A stretch of 64,000 nucleotides of DNA from Mobula hypostoma. Lineage: Eukaryota. This document shows, in pieces, positions 43,005-54,635 of this stretch. The translations under genes were made by a program, and so were the position numbers. The notes under the pieces are model-generated. The model ran no database searches. It had not been told where the DNA came from and saw nothing but the letters and a program-made list of their open reading frames with translations. Positions within the stretch are counted from its first letter, which is position 1. Each line of letters opens with the position of its first letter. Where the stretch lies: contig NC_086118.1 in NCBI RefSeq assembly GCF_963921235.1, positions 23,314,001-23,378,000 on the forward strand, given 5' to 3'.

Positions 43005-43221
43005 CAAACACGAGGAATTCTGCAGATGCTGGAAATTCAAGCAACGCACATCAAAGTTACTGGTGAACGCAGCAGGCCAGGCAGCATCTCTAGGAAGAGG
43101 TACAGTCGACGTTTCGGGCCGAGACCCTTCGTTGGTCCTGACGAAGGGTCTCGGCCCGAAACATCGACTGTGCCTCTTCTTAGAGATGCTGCCTGGCCTG
43201 CTGCGTTCACCAGCAACTTTG
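43005..43221. mobile_element. Young fold-back (head-to-head) Penelope-terminus mini-element with 13-bp TSD
   Basis: 82-bp inverted arms at 43051-43132 and 43141-43222 (4 differences) around an 8-nt loop. Flanked by AAGATAGAA(G/A)ACT at 42992-43004 and 43222-43234. Confidence 0.9.
43133..43170 (+). ncRNA. Putative minimal type-I hammerhead ribozyme (Penelope-type), sense to HS3ST3B1 intron 1
   Basis: UGGUC-CUGACGA-A-GGGU(CUCG)GCCC-GAAA-CAUC^GACUG: complete CUGANGA/GAAA core, stem I, stem II and an NUH triplet (predicted cut after 43165). Confidence 0.7.
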
Positions 43222-43526
43222 AAGATAGAAAACTTTTCAGTTTCATTATGGGTAACATTTTAATTGACTTGAATTATGAATTGAAATAACAAATAAAGCA
43301 TGATAGGCAAATTTCATGGTGATTTTTATGATCTGCCACCCAAAATCCATGAGATCACCCAAAAGTATTCAAGAAGCAAAATCTTCATTGTATAGTGCTA
43401 TCTTGTCCGGCATTATTTAGATTCTATGTGACTGCATTCCTTATTTTTGTGGTATTTATTAACAATGCACTTTTAATTTGATTCCTCAAACCATTCACTA
43501 ATATACAATACATGTTTTTTTTTTAG

Positions 43527-44145
43527 GGACCTGATGCCTAAGACGTTGGAAGGTCAAATCACCATGGAAAAAACTCCCAGTTATTTTGTCACTAAGGAAG
43601 CAGCTGCTCGGATCTATGCAATGTCCAAGGATGCCAAACTAATAGTGGTGGTTCGGGATCCTGTCACTCGGGCTATCTCTGACTATACACAAACTCTCTC
43701 CAAAAAGCCCGACATCCCCAGTTTTGAGAGCTTGACTTTCAAAAATAGGACTACAGGCCTAATTGACACTTCATGGAGTGCTATACAAATCGGTATCTAT
43801 GCCAAGCACCTGGAGAATTGGCTGCAGTACTTCCCAATGCGTCAGATTCTGTTTGTGAGCGGAGAGCGGCTGATCAGTGATCCAGCGGGGGAACTAAGCA
43901 GGGTGCAAGACTTTCTGGGTCTGAAGAGAATCATCACAGACAAACATTTCTACTTTAACCAGACCAAGGGCTTTCCTTGCTTGAAGAAACCGGAGGGAAG
44001 CAGCAAGCCCCATTGTCTGGGCAAAACAAAAGGCAGAACCCATCCCAACATTGACCCAGAAGTGGTTCAGAGACTCAGAGACTTCTACAGGCCTTTCAAC
44101 ATGAAATTTTACCAAATGACAGGACAAAACTTTGGCTGGGACTAA
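43527..44145 (+). CDS. HS3ST3B1: HS3ST3B1 coding exon 2 (sulfotransferase domain C-terminal part)
   Basis: T-tract and AG acceptor at 43525-43526. Phase-2 junction AA|G gives ...[24 protein letters not shown]. 3'-PAPS motif [13 protein letters not shown] and the [12 protein letters not shown]...[11 protein letters not shown] motif are present. Stop TAA; total protein 379 aa. Confidence 0.97.
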
Positions 44146-46244
44146 GGTCAATTTAACTTTGTAATGACTATAGAGACATGTGAATTTATTGCTATATATT
44201 ATATATATATGTGTAACTTGTACAGAAATCTATTTTATAATAATTTATTTTTAATTCTTAAGCAATTAATTCACTAAGCTGCCTAACCACATTGTACACT
44301 GTATATAGATCAGCCCATATCTTCTAACATTCCACAATTTTATTTGTGTTACCCATTGATGGTGCTGTCTTTCATTGATTAAATTTTAATATCGAAAAGC
44401 ACATTTTATTTTGTTACGGGTATTCAGAGTTCATAAGATCTAACAGTTGGATATTTAGTTCCTTGCTGATAAAGCAGCAGGCTCCTGCAGTACAAGACCA
44501 TCACAAATGCAACGAGTCGTCAGTTTATATACTTTGAATAGAAAATGCACACGGCAGACAGAAAAAATCTTCCTTGCCTGTCATCAGCAAGAGGGAAAAT
44601 AATAATTAATTGACTGCCATAGCTTGCTTAAATCACTAGTTGCAACAATGGGATAATGAATAGATAATCAGTGTCTTGCTGCTTCAAACCATTTAGTTCT
44701 TTTTCTGTTCCTAAGCTTACAGATTCCATGTTTCTTTACTATCTTTATGGCATGAATTGCTGTCAGACCAACAATAACCAAGTCTGTCATTCTGACCAGT
44801 TTGAATAAATGGCAATCCCCAAATAGATTAACAGATATGTTGGAATTCTAATTCCTCCCCCACCAAAATAAGGCTCAACATTGAAAGGTCTCCATTTACA
44901 TGCCCTACTACGTTTTAACATTAATATAATTAAAATCTATCAATTGGTTTATGATCTGCAGGTTGAATTTTTTTTCCTCACTCTTTTAATCTTCATACTA
45001 TCACTCTGTTGCAAGAAGATAGTGATTATTTAACAGTGGCAGCAGTAAGATAAATATTCGTTGATGTCCACCATCCTTGTTGCCAGTTCAGATCTTACCA
45101 GTGCTCCAGGTAACTCTGAGATGTGCTGGTTATATCACTGACCATGTTTCTTCTCAATGGTAAGTGTTGAGTAAATATTGTTGTAAACTATGAGGAAGAA
45201 GTGCTGCTTCTATTTTAAGATGTACAATGTCCAATTGTTGCATGAAGCAGTTCGATCAAAGCTAAGTATTGATTTCTGTATGGAGGTATCATGTGCAGGT
45301 GATTGCAAAGCATCATGGATTGGTTTGGCAACAGGTCGACTTTGAATCAAGTTTTGCTTGTGCTTTTCAGAAGAGGAAAGTTGAAACTAAGGGGAAAGCT
45401 TGCACTGAAACATTATTTATGTTACTTGGTTGCAGGTTTCTTTCAAAACTTTGCTGGGTCCTGTGGGTTTTTGCAGGTCTACAGCAGGCCCTTAATAATG
45501 AAATCAAAAACAATCTTACTCTAACCTTCTTCTCTGTTTTATGGACAAAATGCTGCCTGTTTCTTTTACTTATTAAGAAAAATATGACCTTCTTACCAGA
45601 TGTCTGTTATTTAGTCTTCATCCATGCTGATCTATTAAGGTTAGCTAGAAAATTTGCTAATGAACAAAACACACTTTTTCCTATCAATTTAATTTGGATT
45701 TTTGTTAAGATTTTCATTTTGTATGTGAACTGATTTTAACCCATAGATTCAGGTCTTTTTGTTTGAAGTCATCTTGCTTTTAAGGTTAGAGAATCCTTTT
45801 TCAGAATGCCATCATTCAGTGATAAGAGTTGTCAAAATGGAAGCTATCTATATCATGTTGATTGCACTGAGGCTGCAACAAAATGTTTTACATACCCGCT
45901 TTTCCGTGAAATGAATGACACATTTGCATAGTTCAGCCCAGAGCATAAGATCACAGTGTATCAAATCCATTGTCTTCCGAAAGGTAAAGTTGTACCTTGA
46001 CATGGTGGTTAGCTATCAGTTTGTAATAATATATGGCTGAGTTTTATTCAGCTTGCATTCAAAAGTACGTATATTAGCACATTTCTTCTGATAATATTGT
46101 ACTTTAGAATAGTTAAAGTGTAAAAAAAAATGTAAATCAAGTATTTTGTGGTATGTACAACAGAAAATTAATTTTACACAGATAAAAATGTTTCTTTCTA
46201 GGAATTTGGAAAAAAAGCAATCTGTTTCTTGTTATTAAGAAACA

Positions 46245-46250
46245 AATAAA
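46245..46250 (+). terminator. Candidate HS3ST3B1 polyadenylation signal
   Basis: AATAAA at the end of a ~2.1-kb repeat-free AT-rich tract, followed by T-rich DNA and then dense repeats. An alternative AATAAA lies at 44804-44809. Confidence 0.6.
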
Positions 46251-46339
46251 ATATATTTTACCACGCTGGTCTTTCATTTTTCTGCAAATTAAATATTTGT
46301 TCACGGCCTTAAAAAGTATGCAATTAAATCAAAGAGAGA

Positions 46340-47880
46340 GACTCTTCAACCCAACTCCCCCATGTGACTCAATTTCCTACCTGGACTCACTGTCTTGAGT
46401 TTTGGCTTATATCACTATCGACCTTTCCTACCTAAGTATTTGTTCAAACATCTCTTAAACATTGTAATTATACTGTGCCAGCATCTGCAACTTCCTGTAG
46501 CAACTCATTCCACATATCCATAACCTCTTTGCCAAAGAGTTGTCTCTCAAATTTGACTAATTTTAGACTTTGCTACCATGGGAAAATTGCTATTCACCTT
46601 ATCTATGCGCTTCAAGATTTTATATGCCCCTACTTCCTCAAACTTCAGCTTCCTGCACTCCAAGTAAAAAAAAAAGCCCCAGTCTCTCCAGTCTCTCCTT
46701 ACAACTCAAACCCTCCAGCTCTGTTAACAATCTGGTAAATCGTTTTTCCAGCTTAACAGCCTCCTTCCTCTGGTGAAGCAACCGAGACATTACAAAATAC
46801 TCCCAGCACTGGCTCAGGGCATCTTGTAGAAAGATCAAGATAGAATGGACATTGGAAAAGATGTTTCCAATGGAGGGAGGGAATAGGACCAGAGGGGACA
46901 GCTTCAGAACTGAAGGATGTCCCTTTAGAACAGAGTGAGGAGGAATTTGTTTAGCCAGAGGGTGGTGAGTCTGTGGAATTTATTGCTACAGAAAGCTGTG
47001 GAGGCCATGTCATTGGATAGATTTAAAGTGAGGGTTGATGGATTCTTGATCAGTACGGATGTCAAAGGCTACATAGTGAAGGCAGGAGAATGGGCTTGAG
47101 AGGGAAAATAATGGAATGGCAGAGGAGACGACTGAAGGGCCTAATTCTGCTCCCATGTCTTACAGTCTTGTGATCTAGATCCTGCTGTAATCTTAGATAA
47201 CCTTCTTCATTATCCATAACACACCATTTTTTTCCTTATCCTAATGCCAACCACATTCTCATTCAAATGAATATATCTGAAAAACAGCGGTGGACCCAGT
47301 ACTGATCCCCAGTTGCATACTCTTGGTCGCAGGCTTCCAATCTGAAAACAAACCTTCCACTACCCCATCTGACTCTTTTCACCAAGCAAATTTTGTATCC
47401 TATTGGCCAGCTTACCCTGGAGTCCATGTGATCTAAATTTCTGAGCCACTCTACCACACAGGACCTTGGTTATGGTTTTGCTAAGGTCCATAGGGAATGT
47501 CTACTTCACTGCCTTCATTGGTCCTCTTCGTTGTCTCTTCAAAAAAACATCAATCCCTCCTATAAAGCCAAGCTGACTATCACTAATCAGTCCTTGTCTT
47601 TCCATGTTCGAGTAGATCCTGTCTCAGTATCCCCTCCAGTAACTCCCAATTCTGATGGTTGGCTCACCAGCCTGTTGTCCCCTGGCTTGCCCTTGCAGCC
47701 TTCCTTAAATAAAGGCAAAATATTAGTGACGGTCTTGGTATCCAAAACCTCATTCATAGCTAATAATGACACAAATATCACTGCTAGGGCCTTAGTAATT
47801 TCTTCCCCCACAATGTACTAGGATACACTTGATCAGGCCACTTTAAGACCACGTAGATCCTTAATGGGACCCATTCTCTT
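46340..47880. mobile_element. Cluster of CR1 fragments (minus 46340-46830, plus 46840-47170 nested, minus 47180-47880)
   Basis: Minus-strand peptides KRFTRLLTELEGLSCKERLERLGLF and ILPLFKEGCKGKPGDNRLVS. The plus-strand segment is a CR1 3' end. Confidence 0.8.
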
Positions 47881-49346
47881 CTTACGTGAATTGATGACAC
47901 CAGAGTTGAGGGTCTAGTGTTTGGGTTGCATCATCAGCGAGTCCGGCGTTCAAGGCCCGGACTTTGGACCTTATCCAGCATCCTCATTCATCACTACCAG
48001 CCAGTCCTATGACCATAGTGCAGATCAAAGCCTGAAGGTTGATCACAAGCCAAGAAGTTGAGACCAAGAGGCCACAGCCCCATGTTTTTGGATATCTGAG
48101 AGTTCATACAGAAGTTGATGGCCCAGTGTCTGCAAATCCAGAAGTTCGCTGGAGGCCTGGGGTAACAGCACGATGTATGTGCTTTGGGAGGGAGGAATGG
48201 GGGCTTGATTTACTCTTGATGTTTTGTTGCTTGTCATTTTCTGTTTTGTCGTGTTCTGTGTTGTTCTGCCAAGCATGGTGGGCATGCTGTGTTGGTACCA
48301 GAATGTGTCAGAACGCTTGTGGGCTGCCCCCAGCACATCCTTGAATATGCTGGTAGTTAACACAAACAATACTCCATGTGATAAATGAACTTGAATCCTG
48401 AAAATGGTAGCAATTTCAGATAAATGTTGAGTAAATCCAGCAAGAAGGAAAATTTATTGTCAGGATTATAGAAGGCACTGCTTGATATTATATTTATTAA
48501 TATCATAATTTTAAAATCATTACATAATGTAGAGGACTTCCTTGATTAGAATGAATCAATCTATATCTCTAGCAACTATGAATTGGTTTTCTGTGAAAAC
48601 ATTCAATCACTTTTAAGTGGAAAGCTTGAGAATAAAAGTAGGTAATGATATTTACTGATAGAGATGTTTGCAAATTCGTGGTGCACTGAGATTGCCAGTT
48701 CAAAAGCCACTAATGTCTTTCGCAGGTTATGTAACATCTGGAAGAAGAGAGTTAGGTGATATGAAGCAACAATGCTTCACTCCCAGGTAATAGCTTTCAG
48801 TCAGCCTGTACCATGGGAAAATTCAGGACTAGGTGATACACCCATATTACATGCTCACCTTAGCAAAATCAGCATTCAAACAAAGTGCAAAACCTTGCCT
48901 TCCCACTCAATCCACTCAGAATTAGTTTGGAATGACCTGCTTGGAGCCTGTGAGACATTCTGTTGGTCGTGTCAGCCTGACGCTGGCACATTCTTCATTC
49001 ACAGCACTCAAGAAATGACAAGGCAAGGTCAAACCCAAAAGATAAAATCTGAAGGAGAATCTTCATCCAAGACTGGATAGTGCTGGAGATTACTTTGGAG
49101 ATGACAAAATAAATAGGGTCAAGGGGTGTTTGAATAGACTTCAACAGAAAGAGGGGATTAAGGAATCTGCAGAGGAAGTGTTAAGGCTTAACACATAGAT
49201 GGATAGTTGATGGTCTGCGTAGTCATAGTAGGCCATGCTCTACCTCTCAATGAGCCTATGACCTGTTCCTAGAAGTTTGGTTGTTAGGAATTGGTTATCT
49301 TACAGGTTGCATGATTATGGCATGCACACTTACCCCTGACCAAAGG

Positions 49347-49705
49347 TACGAGGGGTGATTGATAAGTTCGTGGCTTAAGATAGAAGGAGTCAATTTTAGA
49401 AAACCTAGCACATTTATTTTTCCTACATTTACAGACTTAGTCCAGCGGTCGTGGAGCATACGGATCCCTTCTTTGTAGAAGTTGGTGTCTTGGACCTCCA
49501 GACGTGCTTGTAATGAGAGCTGTATAACTCGTCTCCTTCTACCTTAGGCCACAAACTTACCAGCCACCTCTGCTGTGGACCACATGGAGGTCCAAGACGC
49601 TCTCATTACATGCACATTCAGTTCAACTCTTTGAGTGACAATGCAGAAAGTTTGAAGTTAATAACTCAGCTCCCTCTACCTTAGGCCACAAGCTTATCAA
49701 TCACC
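49347..49705. mobile_element. Non-autonomous mariner-like element (MITE)
   Basis: Left end TACGAGGGGTGATTGATAAGTTCGTGGCTTAAGATAGAAGGAG is inversely matched by CTCCCTCTACCTTAGGCCACAAGCTTATCAATCACC (~49670-49705). An extra internal copy of the right end lies at ~49532-49570. Confidence 0.75.
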
Positions 49706-49927
49706 TGAAGATGAATTAAATTACATGAATATATGGGTTTGCAACCTATGGACTCATTTTCAAAGACTACATGTTCACAATATTTATTTATTTATCTTAA
49801 TTGTATTTGCACAGTTTATCTTCTTTTGCACATTGGTGTTTATCAGTCTTTGCTTTTTTCATGAATTCTGTTGTATTTCTTTGTTCTTCTGTTCTTTTGT
49901 GAATGCCTGCAAGAAAATGAATCTCAG

Positions 49928-51010
49928 AGTGGATTCTAGTTAATTGGGACACATCGGGGTCTGTACATTTGGCCCAATGAAGCACCTGCCCCAGTTGGTC
50001 AAAGTTTCTTGGAAATAGTTAAAAAAGTATAAAAAAGACAAACTAAGTAACAAATTGAATTGAATTTATTTATTTAAATCTTACATCCGCCCCACAACAA
50101 AAGGGAGTAAAAACCTTTGCGTTATGACTCCATCGCAATGTACAGACATATGAATTTATAAGTCTAATGGCTTGTAGAAAAGTTGTCCTGTAGCCTGTTT
50201 GTCCTGGCTTTAATGCTGTGGTACCATTTGCCAGACGGAAGCAGTTTATGGTTGTGGTGACTGGTTTCCCCGATGATCTTCCTGGCCTTTCTTACGCACC
50301 TACTGTTATAAATGTCCTCAATGGAGGGAAGTTCACATCCACAGATGCGCTGGGCTGTCTTATGTATTTAAATGAAATACAGACCACTACTACTTATTTG
50401 CTATAAAACAGTGTATTAGTTCCAAATAATTATCGACAGAGGAATTCATCCAATGTATGCTGCCGTGTTCTTTGGATTGACTGTAAATGATCAACATCAG
50501 TTCAGACTCCAATTGTAGATAATGGACTGCCTTCATACAATGCTTTTGATGATTGCATCCTCAATATCTTCTTTTTCAAAGTAACATTCAAAATGATTGT
50601 CAATGCCTTCAAATGCTTCACAACTCCTAACTTGTTGAAGCAATGAAATCATTGCATTATCACTTCTGCTGGTTTCTGGCCTGAATGCTTGAACCCATTG
50701 TGAGCAAAACAGTTTTGAATTGTCTTACGGCTTATTTCATGCCAATTATCAGTGACAAAAAATCACTGAGTTTTGAACAGAAAAACACACCACTCCCACT
50801 ATTTAACGACTGCTCACTCTAAGTATGGTGCAGTGTCTAACAGCCACACAAATGCATACGGCTAACACTAATTAGAGCTTGGCAACAGTCTCTTGTCCCA
50901 GTTAAGTGGCATAGTGTCCCAAATAAAGGAAGGGCCTGCTGGCTATTTTCTTGATTAGTTTTTATTCTTTGACAGTTGTCCCAAATAAGCAGCTGCTCCG
51001 ATTAATTGAT
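49928..51010. mobile_element. Tigger/pogo-like DNA transposon remnant with a nested minus-strand Rex1-like 3' fragment (50056-50360)
   Basis: Ends GTGGATTCTAGTTAATTGGGACA and TGTCCCAAATAAG..., with repeated TGTCCCA motifs. The nested segment starts TTGAATTGAATTTATT and mirrors 33.8-34.2k. Confidence 0.55.
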
Positions 51011-51225
51011 GGAGGAACTCAGTGAGCTGAGCTGCATCAGTGGGAGGAAAGAAATTGTTGACATTTCAGGCCACAAATCTGCACCAGGTGTGAGAATGGA
51101 GAGGGGAGATGGCCATTGCCTCTCCACTCCTAGTTCTGATGCTTTACTTTGGCCCAAAACATCAATACTTTCTTTCCTTCCACCAATGCTGCTCAGCCCA
51201 GTGATTTCGTCCTGCAGATTGTATG
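51009..51225. mobile_element. Old, diverged fold-back Penelope-terminus repeat
   Basis: GGAGGAACTCAGTGAGCTGAGCTGCATC...GACATTTC with inverted CTGATG...GGCCCAAAACATC...ATGCTGCTCAGCCCAGTGA. Confidence 0.6.
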
Positions 51226-51379
51226 TTGCTGCAGGTGCCTGCACCTGCTGTCTCCTGTTTCTCCAATGAACTCTCCAATGTTAACCGTACCTGTGTATTA
51301 AAGAAGTATAATACAAAGCCTACATTAAATCTTTGAGCACTTAAGATAACGAGAATCTAAAAACTTCCTGCTGTAAATG

Positions 51380-51571
51380 GAATGCAGCAGGCCAGACAGC
51401 ATCCATAGGAAGAAACACAGTCGACATTTCAGGCCGAGACCCTTCGTCAGGACCCGCCTGAAACGTCGACTGTGCTTCTTCCTATGGATGGTGTCTAGCC
51501 TGCTGCGTTCCACCAGCACTTTCTGCGTGTTGCATGAATTTCCAGCATCTGCAGATTTCCTCGTGCTTGTG
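51380..51571. mobile_element. Fold-back Penelope-terminus mini-element with 15-bp TSD; hammerhead motif on the minus strand at 51418-51455
   Basis: 57-bp inverted arms at 51378-51434 and 51456-51512. TTCCTG(C/T)TGTAAATG at 51365-51379 and 51572-51586. The minus strand reads GGGUC CUGACGA A GGGU CUCG GCCU GAAA UGUC GACUG. Confidence 0.88.
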
Positions 51572-51696
51572 TTCCTGTTGTAAATGTTTGTTTTGTTTTA
51601 GAGGTTAATATCATGTACACAGAGATAAGTATGCCTGTCTTCCAGTGCAGAGGGTTTCTGACCAATGTTATCAGTTGCCCAACAGTCATTCATATT

Positions 51697-52577
51697 GCAA
51701 ACAAGAAAAAGTCTGCAGATGCTGGGAATCCGATCAATGCACACAAAATGCTGGAGGAACTCAGCAGGCCAGGCAGCAGCTATGGAAAAGAGTAAACAGT
51801 CAAGGTTTCGGGCCAAGACCCTTCATCAGGACAGAAAATGAGAAGTCAGAGTAAGATGGTGAGGGGGAAGGAAGGAAGAGGTACAAAGTGGTAGGTGATA
51901 GGTGAAACTAGGAGAGAGGGAGGGTGAAGTAACGAGCTGGGAAGTTGATCGGTGAAAGAGATAAAGGGCCGGAGAAGGGGGAATCTGATAGGAAAGGATA
52001 GAAGGCCATGGAAGAAAAGGAAGGGGGAGGAATGCCAGAGGGAGGTGACGGGCTGGTAAGGAGATAAGGTGAGAAAGGGAAATAGGAATGAGGAATGGGG
52101 AATGGTGAAGGAGAGGGAGGGGGCAACTACTGGAAGTTGAAGAAATCAATGTCATGCCATCAGGTTGGAAGCTACCCCAAATGGAATATAAGGTGTTCCT
52201 CCTCCAACCTGAGTGTGGCCTCATTGTGGCAGTGGAGGAGGCCATTGAGTGACATACCGGAATGCAAATATGAAGTAGAATTAAAATGGGCGGCCACTGG
52301 GAGATCCTACTTTTCTGCTGGACAGAGCATAGGTGTTCGGTGAAGCAGTCTCCTAATCTACATTGGGTCTCACCGATATACAGGAGGCCAGACCGGGAGC
52401 ACTCTCCCTATCGCCTACTACCTAGTAGTTCTTCCTTCCCTCTCCCCACCTTCTTACCCTGACCTCGTCTTTTCTCTCCAGTTCTGATGGAGGGTCTTGG
52501 CCCGAACATTGACTGTTAACTCTTTTCCATAGATGCTGCCTGGCCTGCAGAGTTCCTCCAGCATTTTGTGTGGTTTG
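51697..52577 (-). mobile_element. Truncated Penelope-like element with GIY-YIG C-terminus and inverted terminal repeat, 14-bp TSD
   Basis: The minus strand encodes CSRSGLLYIGETQCRLGDCFT (~52340-52400). Terminal repeats are inverted at both ends, with hammerhead motifs at 51797-51834 (-) and a degraded one at 52479-52515 (+). CAGTCATTC(A/T)TATT at 51683-51696 and 52578-52591. Confidence 0.9.
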
Positions 52578-54434
52578 CAGTCATTCTTATTAACAGGGAT
52601 TTTCTGTTCTAGGTAATCAGCAGCTTGTTACAGCATGTCATTAACTTTTTAAATGATATTTTTCATATGTATATGTATACTTTTAAACTCTCAAACAAAT
52701 TTTCAGTTGTCGAGTATAAAAATACTGTTAATTCCTAAGGTTAAAATGTTATCAAAATAAACTGGAAATCTATGTAGAACCAATTTTTTTTTTCTTAATT
52801 TCTGGTACTTTTGAATAAAGCAAATGCAGAGGTTATAATTTTAACTGATTCTGAATTGATACCTTATTAGGATACCAAGGGTTAACATTGGAAAACAAAT
52901 CAAAGTATGTTGAAACCTATTGACTTACTACTATAAGGACAACTTCAGAGTAGTTTTAGAGGTTAGCATGTTTTCACAGGCTTGTGTCTGGAAGCTAGAT
53001 AAATAATTAACAGATTAGTATTTACAGCAAGGGTGTGACTACAAAAAGTATTTTTGGCAATGGTATTTTTTAACTGTTGTTTATACCCGAGGTTTCTCCC
53101 AAATGTCAATGTTATTTGAATGAAAGAACAAATTGGGAGGTACATTTAGTTGACATTTAGGATCTTCGGTCCTGAGTGATGCAATGGAATTTGTGTCTTA
53201 AGCTCTAGTTGGCCAAGCTAGAATGAGCTTGCAGTTAAATGTCCAGAACTAAGCCATATTCATAGAATGAGATAATGGGAGTATCGTATAAATGCAGACT
53301 TGGTGTAATTACTTTTGTCGAGCAAGGTTAGTGTTCTCAGTATCAATCTCCTTAATGGATCCAGGGTAAATACATTTATTAGTTTAGGTGCCATGATTTC
53401 AGTTACACCTAAAATTACAATTTTCAATCTGGCATGATATGATTTAAGATTTGGCCAACACTGGGCTATATTTTACTTAGGGTGTCAAACAAAATAACAT
53501 TGAAAATTGCCGAAGTAACATAATTTGTCTACATATTAATTTAGAGTCCATCTCTTTAAAATTCAGTTATAATCGGCAGGTATGTCAACGGGTCAGTTCA
53601 TTACTTTAAATCTAGTTTGTCCTAATACATTGATGGCAGATGCATGTTGATATCTTTAACTAAAGCTTGAGAAAGACAAAAATATCCCGAGGCAAATTCT
53701 TTTTTCAAATACATTTGGACATCGTGATTTTATGAATTTAAAATTTCAATATGCTCTGTATAGAGCAAGACTTTTTTTTGTAAATATACAACTACTTTGT
53801 TATTGAATTATTTACTAGACTATTTGAAAACTATTTGTAATATAACTTTGACCTTAGTTAAGAAAGATTTACCGTGATGTATTGTGCGTGATGAATGAAG
53901 AAAGGTCTTACAGAGGCATATGATAGTCTGTTCCTATCGTCAGTGACCAAACAGGGTTTGCTGTTTGTTTTTGTGTGCATGCATGTTACTGAAAAGCTTA
54001 TCCAGATCTTCAGATCTCAAATCAACCCTTAAAGGATCGTGTATTTGTGATTTACCCGAGAATCAGAAGTTATCTTAAGTAAAGCAGGTTTCAAAGAGAC
54101 ACAAATACTGCATATATCAGGTATTTACAATGCAATCATACAAAATATTTTGAGGGGTTTTACAATAATCCAGTTGTATTCCTAAAACCTCTTGTTAGCA
54201 TAGAACACTTCTGCGAACATTTTCAACATAAAAGAAGGTTATTAAATAATGAGTGTTCAGGTACACTTAAATAAAATGGTAATATCTTGTACTAAAATGC
54301 TTATTAGAAATAAAGTCATCGGTGATCAAGAATGTGATCCAATTACAAAGTCAATACCAATCATCTAGGTTCCTGGGTGCCTCCTCAAGAATATAACCAC
54401 CACTCTTCTACATGTAGAGCAACAATCTACTTCT

Positions 54435-54635
54435 AGATTCTTCCACCAGGCCATCAGACTGATTAATTCACACTGACACAATTGTATTTCTAAGCTATAT
54501 TGACTGTTCTGTTGTGCATACTATTTGTTACAAATTACTATAAATTGCACGTTGCACAGACACAGAAATCATGTAAAGATATTTACTCCTCATGTATGTG
54601 AAGGATGTAAGAAATAAAGTCAATTCAATTCAATT
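54435..54635 (+). mobile_element. Rex1-like LINE extreme 3' end
   Basis: TTCTTCCACCAGGCCATCAGACTG...AATAAAGTCAATTCAATTCAAT, as at 34.0-34.2k and 63.67-63.87k. Confidence 0.85.

Noticed and set aside
43103..43140. Second hammerhead on the minus arm of the 43-kb palindrome
   Set aside because: The core reads CCAACGA instead of CUGANGA, so it is disrupted at the inversion junction.
42982..43289. ORFs on both strands with mirrored peptides (KLLVNAAGQAASL..., MLEIQATHIKV...)
   Set aside because: An artefact of the DNA palindrome in a non-coding repeat terminus. The same spurious peptides occur at 51325-51583 and 61012-61284.
45269..45733. 154-aa ORF downstream of HS3ST3B1
   Set aside because: No recognisable domain, a non-ATG start and AT-rich composition. 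It lies in the presumed 3' UTR.
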